Shown here one piece after another: positions 25,412 through 36,379 of a stretch of 64,000 nt of DNA. Both the position numbers and the translations under genes were made by a program. Position 1 is the first letter of the stretch; each line of letters begins with the position of its first letter. The DNA lies in the NCBI RefSeq assembly GCF_039654945.1, contig NW_027361832.1, positions 10,602,001-10,666,000 of the forward strand, read 5' to 3'. The notes beneath the pieces were generated by a model. The model was not told the DNA's origin. It was given only the letters and a program-made list of their open reading frames with translations, and ran no database searches. This stretch comes from Dendrobates tinctorius. Taxonomy: Eukaryota.

Positions 25412-26183
25412 ATATAACAACTTCTGCCACAAATTGCAGACAAAAAGGCACTAGGCAAATGAATAAATCCATAAAATCAATCATTTATTTATATAATTTC
25501 ATAAAATATGTAACAAGGAAATCTCTAGATGCAGCTTCTGCGACCCGTGCACCTGGCTACCCCGACAGCGCCGTTTCGCCGTGCTGGCTTCCTCAACAGC
25601 CCCCTCAACGCCCCCTGTTGAGGAAGCCAGCACGGCGAAACGGCGCTGTCGGGGTAGCCGGGTGCACGGGTCACAGAAGCTGCATCTATGTAAGTTGCAA
25701 TTAACTTTTAGCACTATGTACTTTACATGATCCAATTAAGGATTAGCTTCCTCTGCTGCTAGCCACTATGGCATGTATATTATGCACGGAGCAAAGTGAA
25801 ACTTTTTTTTTACTGAGGAGCTATTCTCTTGTTGAGGATATGGCGGTGGGGTTTTTTTTCCCCTCTTTTTTTCTAGATATCTGCAATTAGATTTCAAGGA
25901 GTGCGGATGTTTTGATCATGTGGCATATAATATTTAATTATTATTTTTTATTGCCTTTATACTGAATATATTTGTGATCATACCGCTATGTACATAAAAT
26001 TGCAGTGTCTTTTTTGATGTAGCAAATGTTCTGTGTGCACCAAAATCTTTGTATCTGGCATTTTGGAGAGATTTCCTTGTTACATATTTTATGAAATTAT
26101 ATAAATAAATGATTGATTTTATGGATTTATTCATTTGCCTAGTGCCTTTTTGCCTCCACAAATTTGTGGCAGAAGTTGTTATA
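25412..26183. mobile_element. Penelope-like remnant with inverted partial duplication and two hammerhead-like motifs
   Basis: 25412-25525 is the reverse complement of ~26066-26183, and 25526-25600 of ~25614-25690. Core TTGAGGA-a-gcc-agcac-ggc-GAAAC-ggcgct-GTC-gggg. Confidence 0.6.
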
Positions 26184-26239
26184 TAATGTGTTTAAGGGAG
26201 TAGAGAAAACTGGAAAAGCAGAGCGCAATAGGGTCTTAA

Positions 26240-26967
26240 GGCCCCATCACACACAGCGATATCGCTGTGTGTGGCATGCATCAGCGACCGCCCCCCCCGT
26301 CGGGTATCGCTGATCGTATAGGAATGTCCTGGGCCATTTTTTGATCGTTGGTCTCCCGCTGGCCAGCACGCACCCCTGCGTGTGGCAGTGGGAGACAAAT
26401 GATCAGCAACGCTGGGAGCTGGTATCCAACGTAAACAGCGGGTAACTAAGAACCGCGCAGCTCTTAGTTACCCGCTGTTTACCTTGGATACCAGCTTGCT
26501 CGCTGGTCCTGATCGCTGGTGGATCTGTCTATGTGACAGCTCACCAGCGATCAGCTAACTATGTCCCAGCGATGGGACATTGAAGCGTGTAACGGGGCCC
26601 TTAGGGTACCGTTACACTTAGCGATGCACGAGCGATCCCGACAACAATATGGATCGCTGGTGCATCGCTAAGTGGTCGCTAGTGAGCTGCCAAACAGACA
26701 GATCTCACCAGCGACATCGCAGGGGTCGGGGGTCGTTACCTGTCAGACGCGGCGATTCTGACGTCCTCCCGCCCGCGTCCACGCGTCGCTCGTCGGCGCC
26801 ACAGTAAGCCAAGCAGGAAGCGCCCGACGAGAAATGATCCAGGACGTTCTCGCGTGACCAGCGATGAGCAGCGGGGGAGCCAGTCATGTAGCGATATCGC
26901 TGCTACGTCACAAAATCGGTGACGTTACAGCGATATTGCTAGCGATATCGCTATGTGTAACGGGGGC
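26240..26967. mobile_element. Two abutting Harbinger-like MITEs (joined at ~26600)
   Basis: ggccccatcacacac...gtgtaacggggccc TTA gggtaccgttacac...gtgtaacgggggc, with TAA/TTA flanks. Confidence 0.6.
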
Positions 26968-27746
26968 TTAAGGCAATAAAAAATGAGGTGTAATTATCAC
27001 ACGGCTGCTGCAAGGACACTGGCCTTGAATGGACCAAATTACATGAAGACAATGTGACGGAGGTGCCAATGATAAAGCCACAGTATATCCAATGGGATAT
27101 GTTGAATTATTTAATAAGTTTACAGAATCAATGCATTTTAAGGCCACGCAGGACCTCTTCATCAGGACAGAAACCTGCTTATTGTAAGCAGCTTCTTTAC
27201 TGCCAAGTAGGCAGGTTTTGCCTGCGGGGAAAAAAATGCAATGTGTGAACTAAGCCCTACTGCCAAGAGGGAAGGTTTGGGCTTCACAAAAAAAAACAAA
27301 ACTCTGTAAAAGTTCAACATAGCCAAATGTTCATCAAGGTAATGTAGCATAGAAAACAAAATGTGCCACCATTTTCAAAGACACATGTTTATTGCATTTT
27401 TCAGGAAAAGTGCTTCTACCAAAAGACAGAATTTTTTTCCACCCTTGTGATGTTTATCATATGTGACAGGACTATATTTCCATAAATTAATTTGCAATAG
27501 TAAATTATATATATATATTTTTTAATTGGAAAAAGTCTTGATGCAAATTTTTATTTCTTTTCCATTTTTTTTTTTTAAATCCAGTAATTAAGACAAATGA
27601 CAGTCTCCTACTAAGCCCAGGCTGTGGATTATCTTCACAGAAGTAATAAGATGGCAACTATAGGGTTCCAGGCTACCATGGCATGGCAAGTTGCACGGGG
27701 TGGTCCAAATTAAATGCTGCAGTCATTGATCGACAGCACTATTTAG

Positions 27747-29885
27747 GCCATTATCTTTCACAACTGGTGCAGAATCCAACCAGAGGAGCAACACTTTTAG
27801 GCTGTGTGCCCACGTTGCGTTTTTTTAAGCGTTTCCGCAGCGTTTGTGCCGGCTCAGACGCTGCAGAAACGCTTAAAAGAAGCTTCACATTAAATTGCAT
27901 GCGTTTTTGGCTTTTTGTGCCAATGCATGCGTTTTTATACGCTCAGGAATCGCTTAGCGGCTAAAAATGCAGCATGCTCATTAACTTCCTCATCGCTGAG
28001 CGTTTTTAGCCTTTTCCAATGTTACCAGAAAACGTGCGGAAAAAAAGTGTCAAAAACGCGCATCTTTTGTGCAAAAAACGCGCAGAAATAAAACACGTGT
28101 TTTCTGGGAAGGGGATCAGTTTCCTGAGCATTTAAAAACGCTAACGTGGGCACATAACCTTAGACCTAATACTAATAGACCTGACAGAATAACAAATCTG
28201 CAGGTCCGTCGGGCATCTAGGAAATAGCGGCCACAGTATTGTACAGTTTCCCTTGTCTTTCGCTAGGGGGGCTTGTCAGGGAGTCACAAAAACACTTTAC
28301 TTTAGGAAGGCAAAGTTTGACCAGCTTAGAGATGCCCTTAATCTGGTTGACTGGAACAATGTCCTCAGAAATAAGAATAAATAAATGGATTATAAATGGG
28401 AAATGTTTAAGAACATCCTTAATAGGCACTGTAAGTGGTTTATACCTTGTGGGAATAAAAGGACAAGAAATAGGAAAAACCCAATGTGCTTAAACAAAGA
28501 AGTAAGATGGGCAATTAACAGTAAAAAGAAAGCATTTAAACTATTAAAGCAGGATGGCACCGCTGAAGCTCTAAAAAAATAAAAAAAATTATAGGGAGAA
28601 AAATTTTATCTAAAAAACTAAAGTTGCCAAAATAGAAACACAGAAGCACATTGCTAAGGAGAGTAAGACTAATCCCAAATTGTTCTTCAACTATATCAAT
28701 AGTACTAGAATCATAAGTGAAAGTGTAGGCCCCTTAAAAAATTGTGAGGAAAGTATGGTTGTAGATAACAAGGAAAAAGCTAATATATTAAACACCTTCT
28801 CCACGGTATTCACAGTGGAAAATGAAATTCTAGGTGAAATGCCGAGAGACAAAGAAAACCCTATATTAAAGGTCACCAATCTAACCCAAGAAGAGGTGCA
28901 AAACCGGCTAAATAAGATTAAAATAGATAAATCTCCGGGTCCGGATGGCATACACCCACGAGTACTAAGAGAACTAAGTAATGTAATAGATTAGACAAGC
29001 CATTATTTCTTATATTTAGGGACTCTATAGCAACGGGGTCTGTTCCACAGGACTGGCGCATAGCAAATGTGATACCAATATTCAAAAAGGGCTCTAAAAG
29101 TGAACCTGGAAATTATAGGCCAGTAAGTCTAACCTCTATTGTTGGTAAAATATTTAAAGGGTTTCTGAGGGATTCTATTCTGGATTATCTCAATGAGAAT
29201 AACTGTTTATCTCCATATCAGCATGGGATTATGAGGAATCGCTCCTGTTAAACCAATCTAATGAGTTTTTATGAAGAGGTAAGCTATAGACTGGACCAAG
29301 GTGAGTCATTGGATGTGGTATATCTTGATTTTTTTCCAAAGCGTTTGATACCGTGCCAAACAAGAGGTTGGTACACAAAATGAGAATGCTGGGTCTGGGG
29401 GAAAATGTGTGTAAATGGGTAAGTAACTGGCTTAGTGATAGAAAGCAGAGGGTGGTTATAAATGATATATTCTCTAACTGGGTCGCTGTGACCAGTGGGG
29501 TACCGCAGGAGTCGGTGTTGGGACCCTTTCTCTTCAACATATTTATTAATGATCTGGTAGAAGGTTTACACAGTAAAATATCAATATTTGAATATTATAC
29601 AAAACTATGTAAAGCAGTCAATACAAGAGAAGATAGTATTCTGCTACAGATGGATCTGGATAAGTTGGAAACTTGGGTCAAAAGGTGGCAGATGCAGTTT
29701 AGCAATGATAAATGCAAGGTTATACCCATGGGAAGAAGTAATCAGTATCATCATTACACACTGAACGGGAAACCACTGGGTAAATCTGACATGGAGAAGG
29801 ACTTGGGGATCCTAGTTAATGATAAACTTACCTGGAGCAGCCAGTGCCAGGCAGCGGCTGCCAAGGCAAACAGGATCATGGGGTG
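27747..29885 (+). mobile_element. CR1 LINE, 5' part: truncated endonuclease plus RT, disabled by stops and frameshifts
   Basis: YLSQLVQNPTRG, KSPGPDGIHPRVLREL, PIFKKG..PGNYRPVSLTS, SGVPQESVLGP.LFNIFINDL, EKDLGI, AAAKANRIMGC. Confidence 0.93.
27800..28159. mobile_element. Harbinger-like MITE inserted in the CR1 endonuclease region
   Basis: TIR ggctgtgtgcccacgtt / aacgtgggcacataacc with TTA TSD. It splits CR1 GATLL|DLIL. Confidence 0.8.
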
Positions 29886-30749
29886 TGTTATGAATGAGTC
29901 ACCGAGGAGGAGAAAACAAAAAGCAAGCTAAGCCCAGAAAACCGGAGAGTTTTGTAACTAGCGGATTGCAGACCCCTGATCCTATCCACAACAACTAGCA
30001 GTAGCCGTGGACCATGCCTACGGTGGTCCTAGACACCTCGTCACGGCCGGAGAACTAAATAAGCCTAAAGAAAGAAAAGGAAAATCTAAACTGCCCCAGA
30101 GCAGACTCCAAAGCAATAGACAGCCCCCAACATGTATTGTCGGTGAAACAAGATGAAAACACAAACACAGATAGAAAGATAGGCTGAGCAAACGATGGGG
30201 CCCTCGCTAACTAGAAAGGACAGGAAAGAAAAGCTGTTGTCTGCAATCACGCAAAAAACCCTGCCAAAAAAAATGTCCAACACGTCTGATAGAAAAATCA
30301 AATCACTATATCAGCACTCAGGTATATTCTGTAGACAGAGCAAAAGAGATCAACTGATCAGAGACAAAATGGGGATTCAGCCCAGTCCCAGCCAGGGCTG
30401 GCTGAACACAAAAACTAAGTAAACCAGACAAAAACTCATATGAACAATAGCAGAGAAAACTTAGCTTTCGGAAGGCAGGAACCAAACTGAAAACCAGGAG
30501 CCACAGTCAGGAAAAATCACCAGCAAGAAACTAGGGAGTCGGCTGCCTTAAATCCAATCAGAAACTCCTGATGTCCAATCGCAGTCCTCTTCCTCAGGTG
30601 GCCGGTCTCTGCCATTTAGATCAGCTTCATTACCTCCCTTCACTAACAGAGGGAGTTCAGATAGAGAACTCACTACTCCTCTGTCAGCACAGCCAGCTCC
30701 ATAACCCTCACCAGAAGCCAGAGGCAAACCCGAAAATGAGCTCACAACA
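29886..30749 (-). repeat. 3' LTR of the Gypsy element (864 bp)
   Basis: From 30053 onward it aligns with 39013-39691. Ends TGTTATG / CACAACA. Confidence 0.9.
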
Positions 30750-31741
30750 GTACCCCCCCTTGAGGAGGGGTCACCGAACCCTCATCCACGCCACTGGGCC
30801 GATCAGGATGGGCCCAATGAAAAGCACGAACCAATCTATCGGCATGAATATCAGAGGCAGAGACCCAAGAATTGTCCTCCTGGCCATAACCCTTCCACTT
30901 GACCAAATACTGGAGTCTCCGTCTAGCCAGACGAGAATCCAGTATTTCCAGGTCACCACCTGACAGCACATTGGAGGACGTCCTTCTCATCCGTAGTGGG
31001 ACAGGAAACCACGAGAGTTTAAAAGGATCCTCCCCTTCCCATCCCTCAGTGTTTTTCCTGTCCCACTGCGGATGGGAACGACGAGAGAGGATCCGGGCCG
31101 TTCCATGCAGATGGTCAGGATCGGGGGGGCTCAGCCTCACCCTTCCTACCTGATAAGATCTGCGGCTGAAACCTGATGTAGGGTCCCTCAGCTTCTCCGG
31201 TGTAGCGCTGCTCACGGACGCGGGGTCGCTTCCCCCTGACATGGGCTCTCGACCCTGGACGCCACCACTGCAGACCGCCACTGGGGTTCCAGAGCCCGCA
31301 AGCGGTCCATCTACAGCAGACTACCGCCGGGTGACGCCGTTGTGTCCGGAGGGCGGGAGCGTGCTGTAGCAGGCGCGCGTCAGCCGCCCGCCCCACCGGA
31401 GGACAGGCCAGAGCGCCAGAGGCCGGGGGCACATCATTTCCGGCGCGCGAGTCATGGGCGCGTCACTTCCGGTGCGCGCGTCACGGACGCGTCACTGCCG
31501 ACCAGACGCAGTACTTCCGGCCGCGCCGCTGTCAGGACACCTCAGGCAGTGACCGCCCGGTACTGAGCACACCGCGGCGGCATCGTCCCATCAGGAGAAG
31601 GGCAGGCGTCCGGAGATTGGAGCGGCAGCGACAATAGAGGCGGTATGCAGCTCTGCTCCACAGGGCAGGTGGCAGGGGGAGCCCGTCACCACTCACATGT
31701 ATGTGTCTCCTCAGCAGTCAGCGACTTCCATCACCACCAGC

Positions 31742-33143
31742 ATGGAGGACCAGGCAAAGACGGAAGCAGGAGCAGAGTGCCAGGGTCACGTGAGTAACCT
31801 CTGAAGAGGTCACTGGAGGGCCCCGTAAGAATAAACCCCATAGAACCCGTATTTTATATGTTCTAGGGGGGAACCTCTACCTCTGAGAAAAAGGAGCCTA
31901 AACGGAAGGATAAGAAGTGTCCGGTCTGCTCTAAAAAGCTAAAGGACACGTGGCAGAAGACCCTTTGTGACGCATGTACAAAGCGTATAATGGGGGAAGA
32001 GCAGGCTACGTTTATGTCTAATATGAGAGCAATAATTAGGGAGGAAGTGCAGGCCTCGGTATCCGGCCTAGCCACCTCCCTGGCCCCGCAGGCGAACCCT
32101 CAGCCATCCAGGAAGACAGAGGGAGTCTGATACGTCATCGGAAGGCATTCTGTCCGACTCTGACGCAGAGGAAGAGGAGACTAGAGAACACCCAGAAAGG
32201 GGGAGAAAATACTTGTTTTCGTCTGGGGATACAGACGAACTATTGGGAGCGGTGCGGCAGACTATGCAGATTGAGGAACCCCCTCCTTCCCTCTCAATAC
32301 AGGACGAAATGTTTGGGGGATTACGCTCCCAGACTTCGATGGTCTTCCCAGTAAACACCCACATACGGGCAATTATACTGGAGGAGTGGGAGGAGGCAGA
32401 GAAGAGATTAACTATTCCCAGGGACTTTAGGTCGCGTCTACCATTCGACCCTGAGGAGGTTAAAGTCTGGGAAGAGATCCCTAAAATTGATATTCCAGTA
32501 GCTAAAGTATCAAAGAAAACGGCAATTCCGTTTGAGGTTTCCTCAAGTTTGAAGGAACCCCTAGATCGGAAGGCAGACGGGCTCTTAAAAAGGGCCTGGG
32601 AAAACTCAGCAGCGGTCATAGAGACAAATATAGCCGCGACATCGGTAGCACGCTCCATGCATCTGTGGATAGATGACCTAGAGGAGCATCTGTCAGACAG
32701 AACCCCGAGGGAAACAATCCTAAAATCACTCCCCTTGCTTAAGTTGGCTACGGGATTCTTGGCCGACGCCTCAGCAGAATCAGTTAGGTTCTCGGCCAGA
32801 AGCCAGTCCCTGTCCAACACAGCCAGAAGAGCTATCTGGTTGAAGAATTGGACAGGCGACATGCAGTCAAAAAATAAACTCTGCTCAATTCCTTTCTCGG
32901 GGGGCAGGGTCTTCGGGCCCGTGCTCGACGACATTTTAGAGAAAGCGTCGGATGAAAAAAAGGGTTTCCCTGAGGAGAAACGTTAAAGATACCAGCCCTT
33001 TCGTAGGCCCCGTTACAACCAGAGAGCGGACTACAGGGGGAAAGGTAAAACGGGTAGATGGAGCTACCCCAAAGGAGGCGAAGGTAGAAATAGAAATAGA
33101 GATAACATCTTTTCCGGCCCAGGGTCCAGCTCCCAGAGGAAAT
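31742..33143 (+). pseudogene. DIRS ORF1 (gag-like) with N-terminal CxxC-x14-CxxC, a frameshift near 32115 and a premature stop at 32984
   Basis: KKCPVCSKKLKDTWQKTLCDAC lies upstream of track ORF 32213-32986 (WEEIPKIDIPVA..RRAIWLKNW..PFSGGRVFG). Confidence 0.75.
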
Positions 33144-35013
33144 GACGCCACCAGAGTAGGGGGGCGATTACGCAAGTTCCCGGGAGAGTGGCAAAAGGTC
33201 ACCTCCAGCCCCTGGGTATTACAAGTCATCTCAAAGGGGTACAAAATAGAATTCAGCTCCCTACCCCCGAACAGGTTTCTGGTGACCAGTTCATGCCTCA
33301 GTGCAGCTTCCCCAATGTGGTTGGACATCCAAGATCTCCTAGACATGGAAGCAATTACTCCGGTCCCCGCCCAGGAGGAAGGCAGAGGACACTACTCGAG
33401 TCTCTTTGCAATAAAAAAACCCTCGGGGGAAACCCGAACAATAATAAACCTAAAACCTGAACAAATGGGTGTCTTACAGGCGCTTCAAAATGGAATCGAT
33501 AAGATCCACGATTCCCCTTCTGGGAAGGGATGTGGTAATGTGCACTTTGGATCTAAAAAACGCATATTATCATGTCCCTATCCACCCGGATCACCAGAGA
33601 TACACCTCAGGTTTGCGGTTGAAAAAGATGGCACAATATACCACTATCAGTTTCGTTGCCTGCCCTTCGGCCTAGCATCGGCCCCGAGGGTCTTTACAAA
33701 AGTAATAATAGAGGTGGTGGCCTACCTAAGGGCCCGAAATATCACGGTGGTCCCATACTTAGACGACTTCCTATTTATAGCCGATTCAGCAGCCCAGCTC
33801 AGGATCGACTGTCAATCCTCAATCTCCACGCTGCAGAGTTTAGGATGGATAATAAATTGGGCAAAATCAGATCTCATACCCAAACCCAGAGTAAAATTCC
33901 TGGGGGTCATGTTAGACTCAGAAAAAAGGATGTCGTATCTACCAGCCGAGAAACAGACTTCAATGCCGAAGAAAATTCGTCAGTTCTCGAGAAATCAGGT
34001 ATCGGTCAGAGATGCAATGAGGATCCTGGGGCTGATGACTTCTTGCATTTCCTGTGTCAGATGGAGTCAGTTCCACTCCTGCGACCTCCAACACGCAATT
34101 CTAACATCCTGGGACAGAAGGCAGACTTCTCTGGACAGCAAGATACGGTTAACCCTCCGAGCCAGAAGATCGCTTCTATGGTGGACCATTCCGAGAAACC
34201 TAAAAAGGGGTGTCTCATGGGTTCAGTCCCCAGAGGTTGTAGTGACGACGGACGCAAGTCTATTCGGCTGGGGCGGACACGTCGCAGGAAAGTATTACCA
34301 GGGGCAATGGAGTCCAGAGGACAGCAGAAGATCCTCCAACGTCAGAGAACTACATGCGGTCTGGAAGGTGCTGCTCGTCGCCAGGCCCCACGTGAGAAAC
34401 AAACACGTCAAAGTCCTGTCAGACAACACCACAACAGTAGCCTTTCTCCACCATCAAGGCGGACCAAGACATCCCACGCTTCAGGCCTTAGCAGATCAGA
34501 TTTTCGGATGGGCAGAGAGGGAAGTCCTCTCAATCTCGGCCGTACATCTGGAGGGCTCTCGGAACCAGATCGCAGACTTCCTCAGCAGGAGAAGGGTAAC
34601 AGCAACGGACTGGGAGCTCAACGACGATGTGTTCAGCAGCCTGTGCGATCGTTGGGGACAACCAGCGGTAGACCTGTTCGCGGACAAAGAACGCAAAGCT
34701 TACGACCTTCTACTCCCTGAACCCCCTGGGAAATCCGGCAGGAATAGATGCCCTATCACAGTCTTGGAGCAGGGGTCTGTTGTATGCCTTCCCGCCCCTA
34801 GCCCTCATTCCACAGGTCCTCAGAAAAATCTGCGAGGACAGAGCCAGCGTTCCCTACTGGCCAAGAAGAAGCTGGTTTCCCCTACTCAGGAAGCTAGCGG
34901 GCGAGGAACCCTTTTTTCTACCAAGAAGGAAAGACCTCCTCCATCAGGGTCCGGTTCTGCATCAAAAACCGGAAGCTTTCCAGTTGTCAGCCTGGATCCT
35001 GAGCGGCAGGTCC
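33142..35013 (+). pseudogene. DIRS RT / RNase H / adenine-methyltransferase-like pol, frameshifted
   Basis: VGGRL..F...W, LDLKNAYYHVPI (other frame), LPFGLASAPRVFTK, PYLDDFL, RNase H and YAFPP motifs. Confidence 0.85.
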
Positions 35014-36018
35014 TAAGGGCAAGAGGTCTATCGGACAAAGTTTCTCTACAAGCAAGTAGAAAACCTGTGACCGCGGCAATATATAATAAAATCTGGAAAA
35101 AATTCTGCAGCTTTTGTGGGGAGGAGACAGTCGGCACTGACCAGCCTGACATCCCGAAAATACTCGACTTCTTACAGGAAGGGTTCAGGAAAGACCTTAG
35201 ACCCAGTACTCAGAGTACAAATATCAGCCTTGAGTGTATTCTATGACACAGCCCTATCATCACACCCATGGGTAGCCTGGTTCTCGAGAGCGGTGCAAAG
35301 GCTTAAACCCCTAATTAGGAACAGCATACCACCTTAGGACCTTAACCTAGTCCTCAATACGCTTTGCAAACGGCCATATCAGATAGGGACAGAGATAAAT
35401 ATTCATAATCTCTCTCTTAAAACAGCCTTCTTAGTGGCAGTCACCTCAGCCAAGAGGTTAGGAGAACTGCAGGCCTTATCAACCCAGGATCCCTACTTAC
35501 AGGTGTTCAGTGACCGGTTAGTGTTAAGACTCGACCCGGCCTTCCTACCCAAAGTCGTCTCAAACTCCAACATGAATCAGGAAGTAGTACTTCCTTCCTT
35601 TTTCCAGTCTCCCAAAAATAGCAGGGAAAAAAGCTACCATAGCTTGGACGTAAAGGAAACTGTGCTCAGGTACCTGGATGCAACCAGACCCTGGAGACAG
35701 GATAGTAATCTTTTTGTCCAGTTTAGAGGTCCTAATAAAGGGAAAAAAGCATCAAAATTGACAATAGCAAGGTGGATTAGGTCCACTATTAGCATAGCCT
35801 ACAAATCAGGGTCAAAATCCCCCGGGGAACCTTAGAGCCCACTCAACCAGGGCCATGGCCGCCTCATGGGCAGAAAGGGGGGGCCCCTCGGCGGAGCAGA
35901 TTTGCAGGGCAGCATCTTGGTCTAGTCTTAATACTTTCTCCAAACACTATAAACTAGACATAGCATCCACACAGCTGGCATTTGGGAGAAAGGTACTCCA
36001 TGCAGTAGTCCCGCCCTA
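35010..36018 (+). pseudogene. DIRS tyrosine recombinase, disrupted
   Basis: IYNKIWKKF, AVTSAKRLGELQAL, FLPKV, TIARWI, AHSTRA and TFSKHY across frames. Confidence 0.85.
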
Positions 36019-36379
36019 GGACCAATATTCTTTGGTACTACTCCAATGTGCTGTCAGGTGGTGACCTGTAAAACGGTAATTAGACCTACCGGTAATTGTG
36101 TTTCCAGGAATCCATCCTGACAGCACTGTTAGATCCCTCCCGATAATACTTTTCATACAACTGTGATGTAACATGTGTATGGAGAAAGTTGGATTAAATA
36201 AAATCTGTTTGCATCCATCCAGAGGTGTTACTTTGTGAAATCACTGAGGGATGGGAAGGGGAGGATCCTTTTAAACTCTCGTGGTTTCCTGTCCCACTAC
36301 GGATGAGAAGGACGTCCTCCAATGTGCTGTCAGGATGGATTCCTGGAAACACAATTACCGGTAGGTCTAATTACCGTTT

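Larger units (their letters stand above)
30945..36379 (+). mobile_element. DIRS1-type tyrosine-recombinase retrotransposon, full structure, ORFs disrupted
   Basis: 93-bp ITRs at 30959-31051 and 36242-36334. ICR at 36041-36126. gag-like ORF, RT (YLDD), RNase H (TTDAS, SSNVREL, SDNTT, NQIADFLSR), MT-like domain (VDLFA, YAFPP) and YR (SAKRLGELQAL, AHSTRA, WSS..TF.KHY). Confidence 0.95.

Noticed and set aside
30742-31281. 179-aa ORF ending in a chromodomain, possibly a host chromodomain gene or a new fusion
   Set aside because: Chance read-through from the DIRS left ITR into the severed Gypsy integrase chromodomain. The same ITR peptide recurs at 36225-36440.
32068-32934. 288-aa minus-strand ORF
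   Set aside because: Antisense shadow of DIRS gag with no recognisable motifs.
33656-34720. 354-aa ORF overlapping the DIRS RT in another frame
   Set aside because: Consistent with the known long overlapping N-terminal extension of DIRS ORF3 (YR), not a separate gene.
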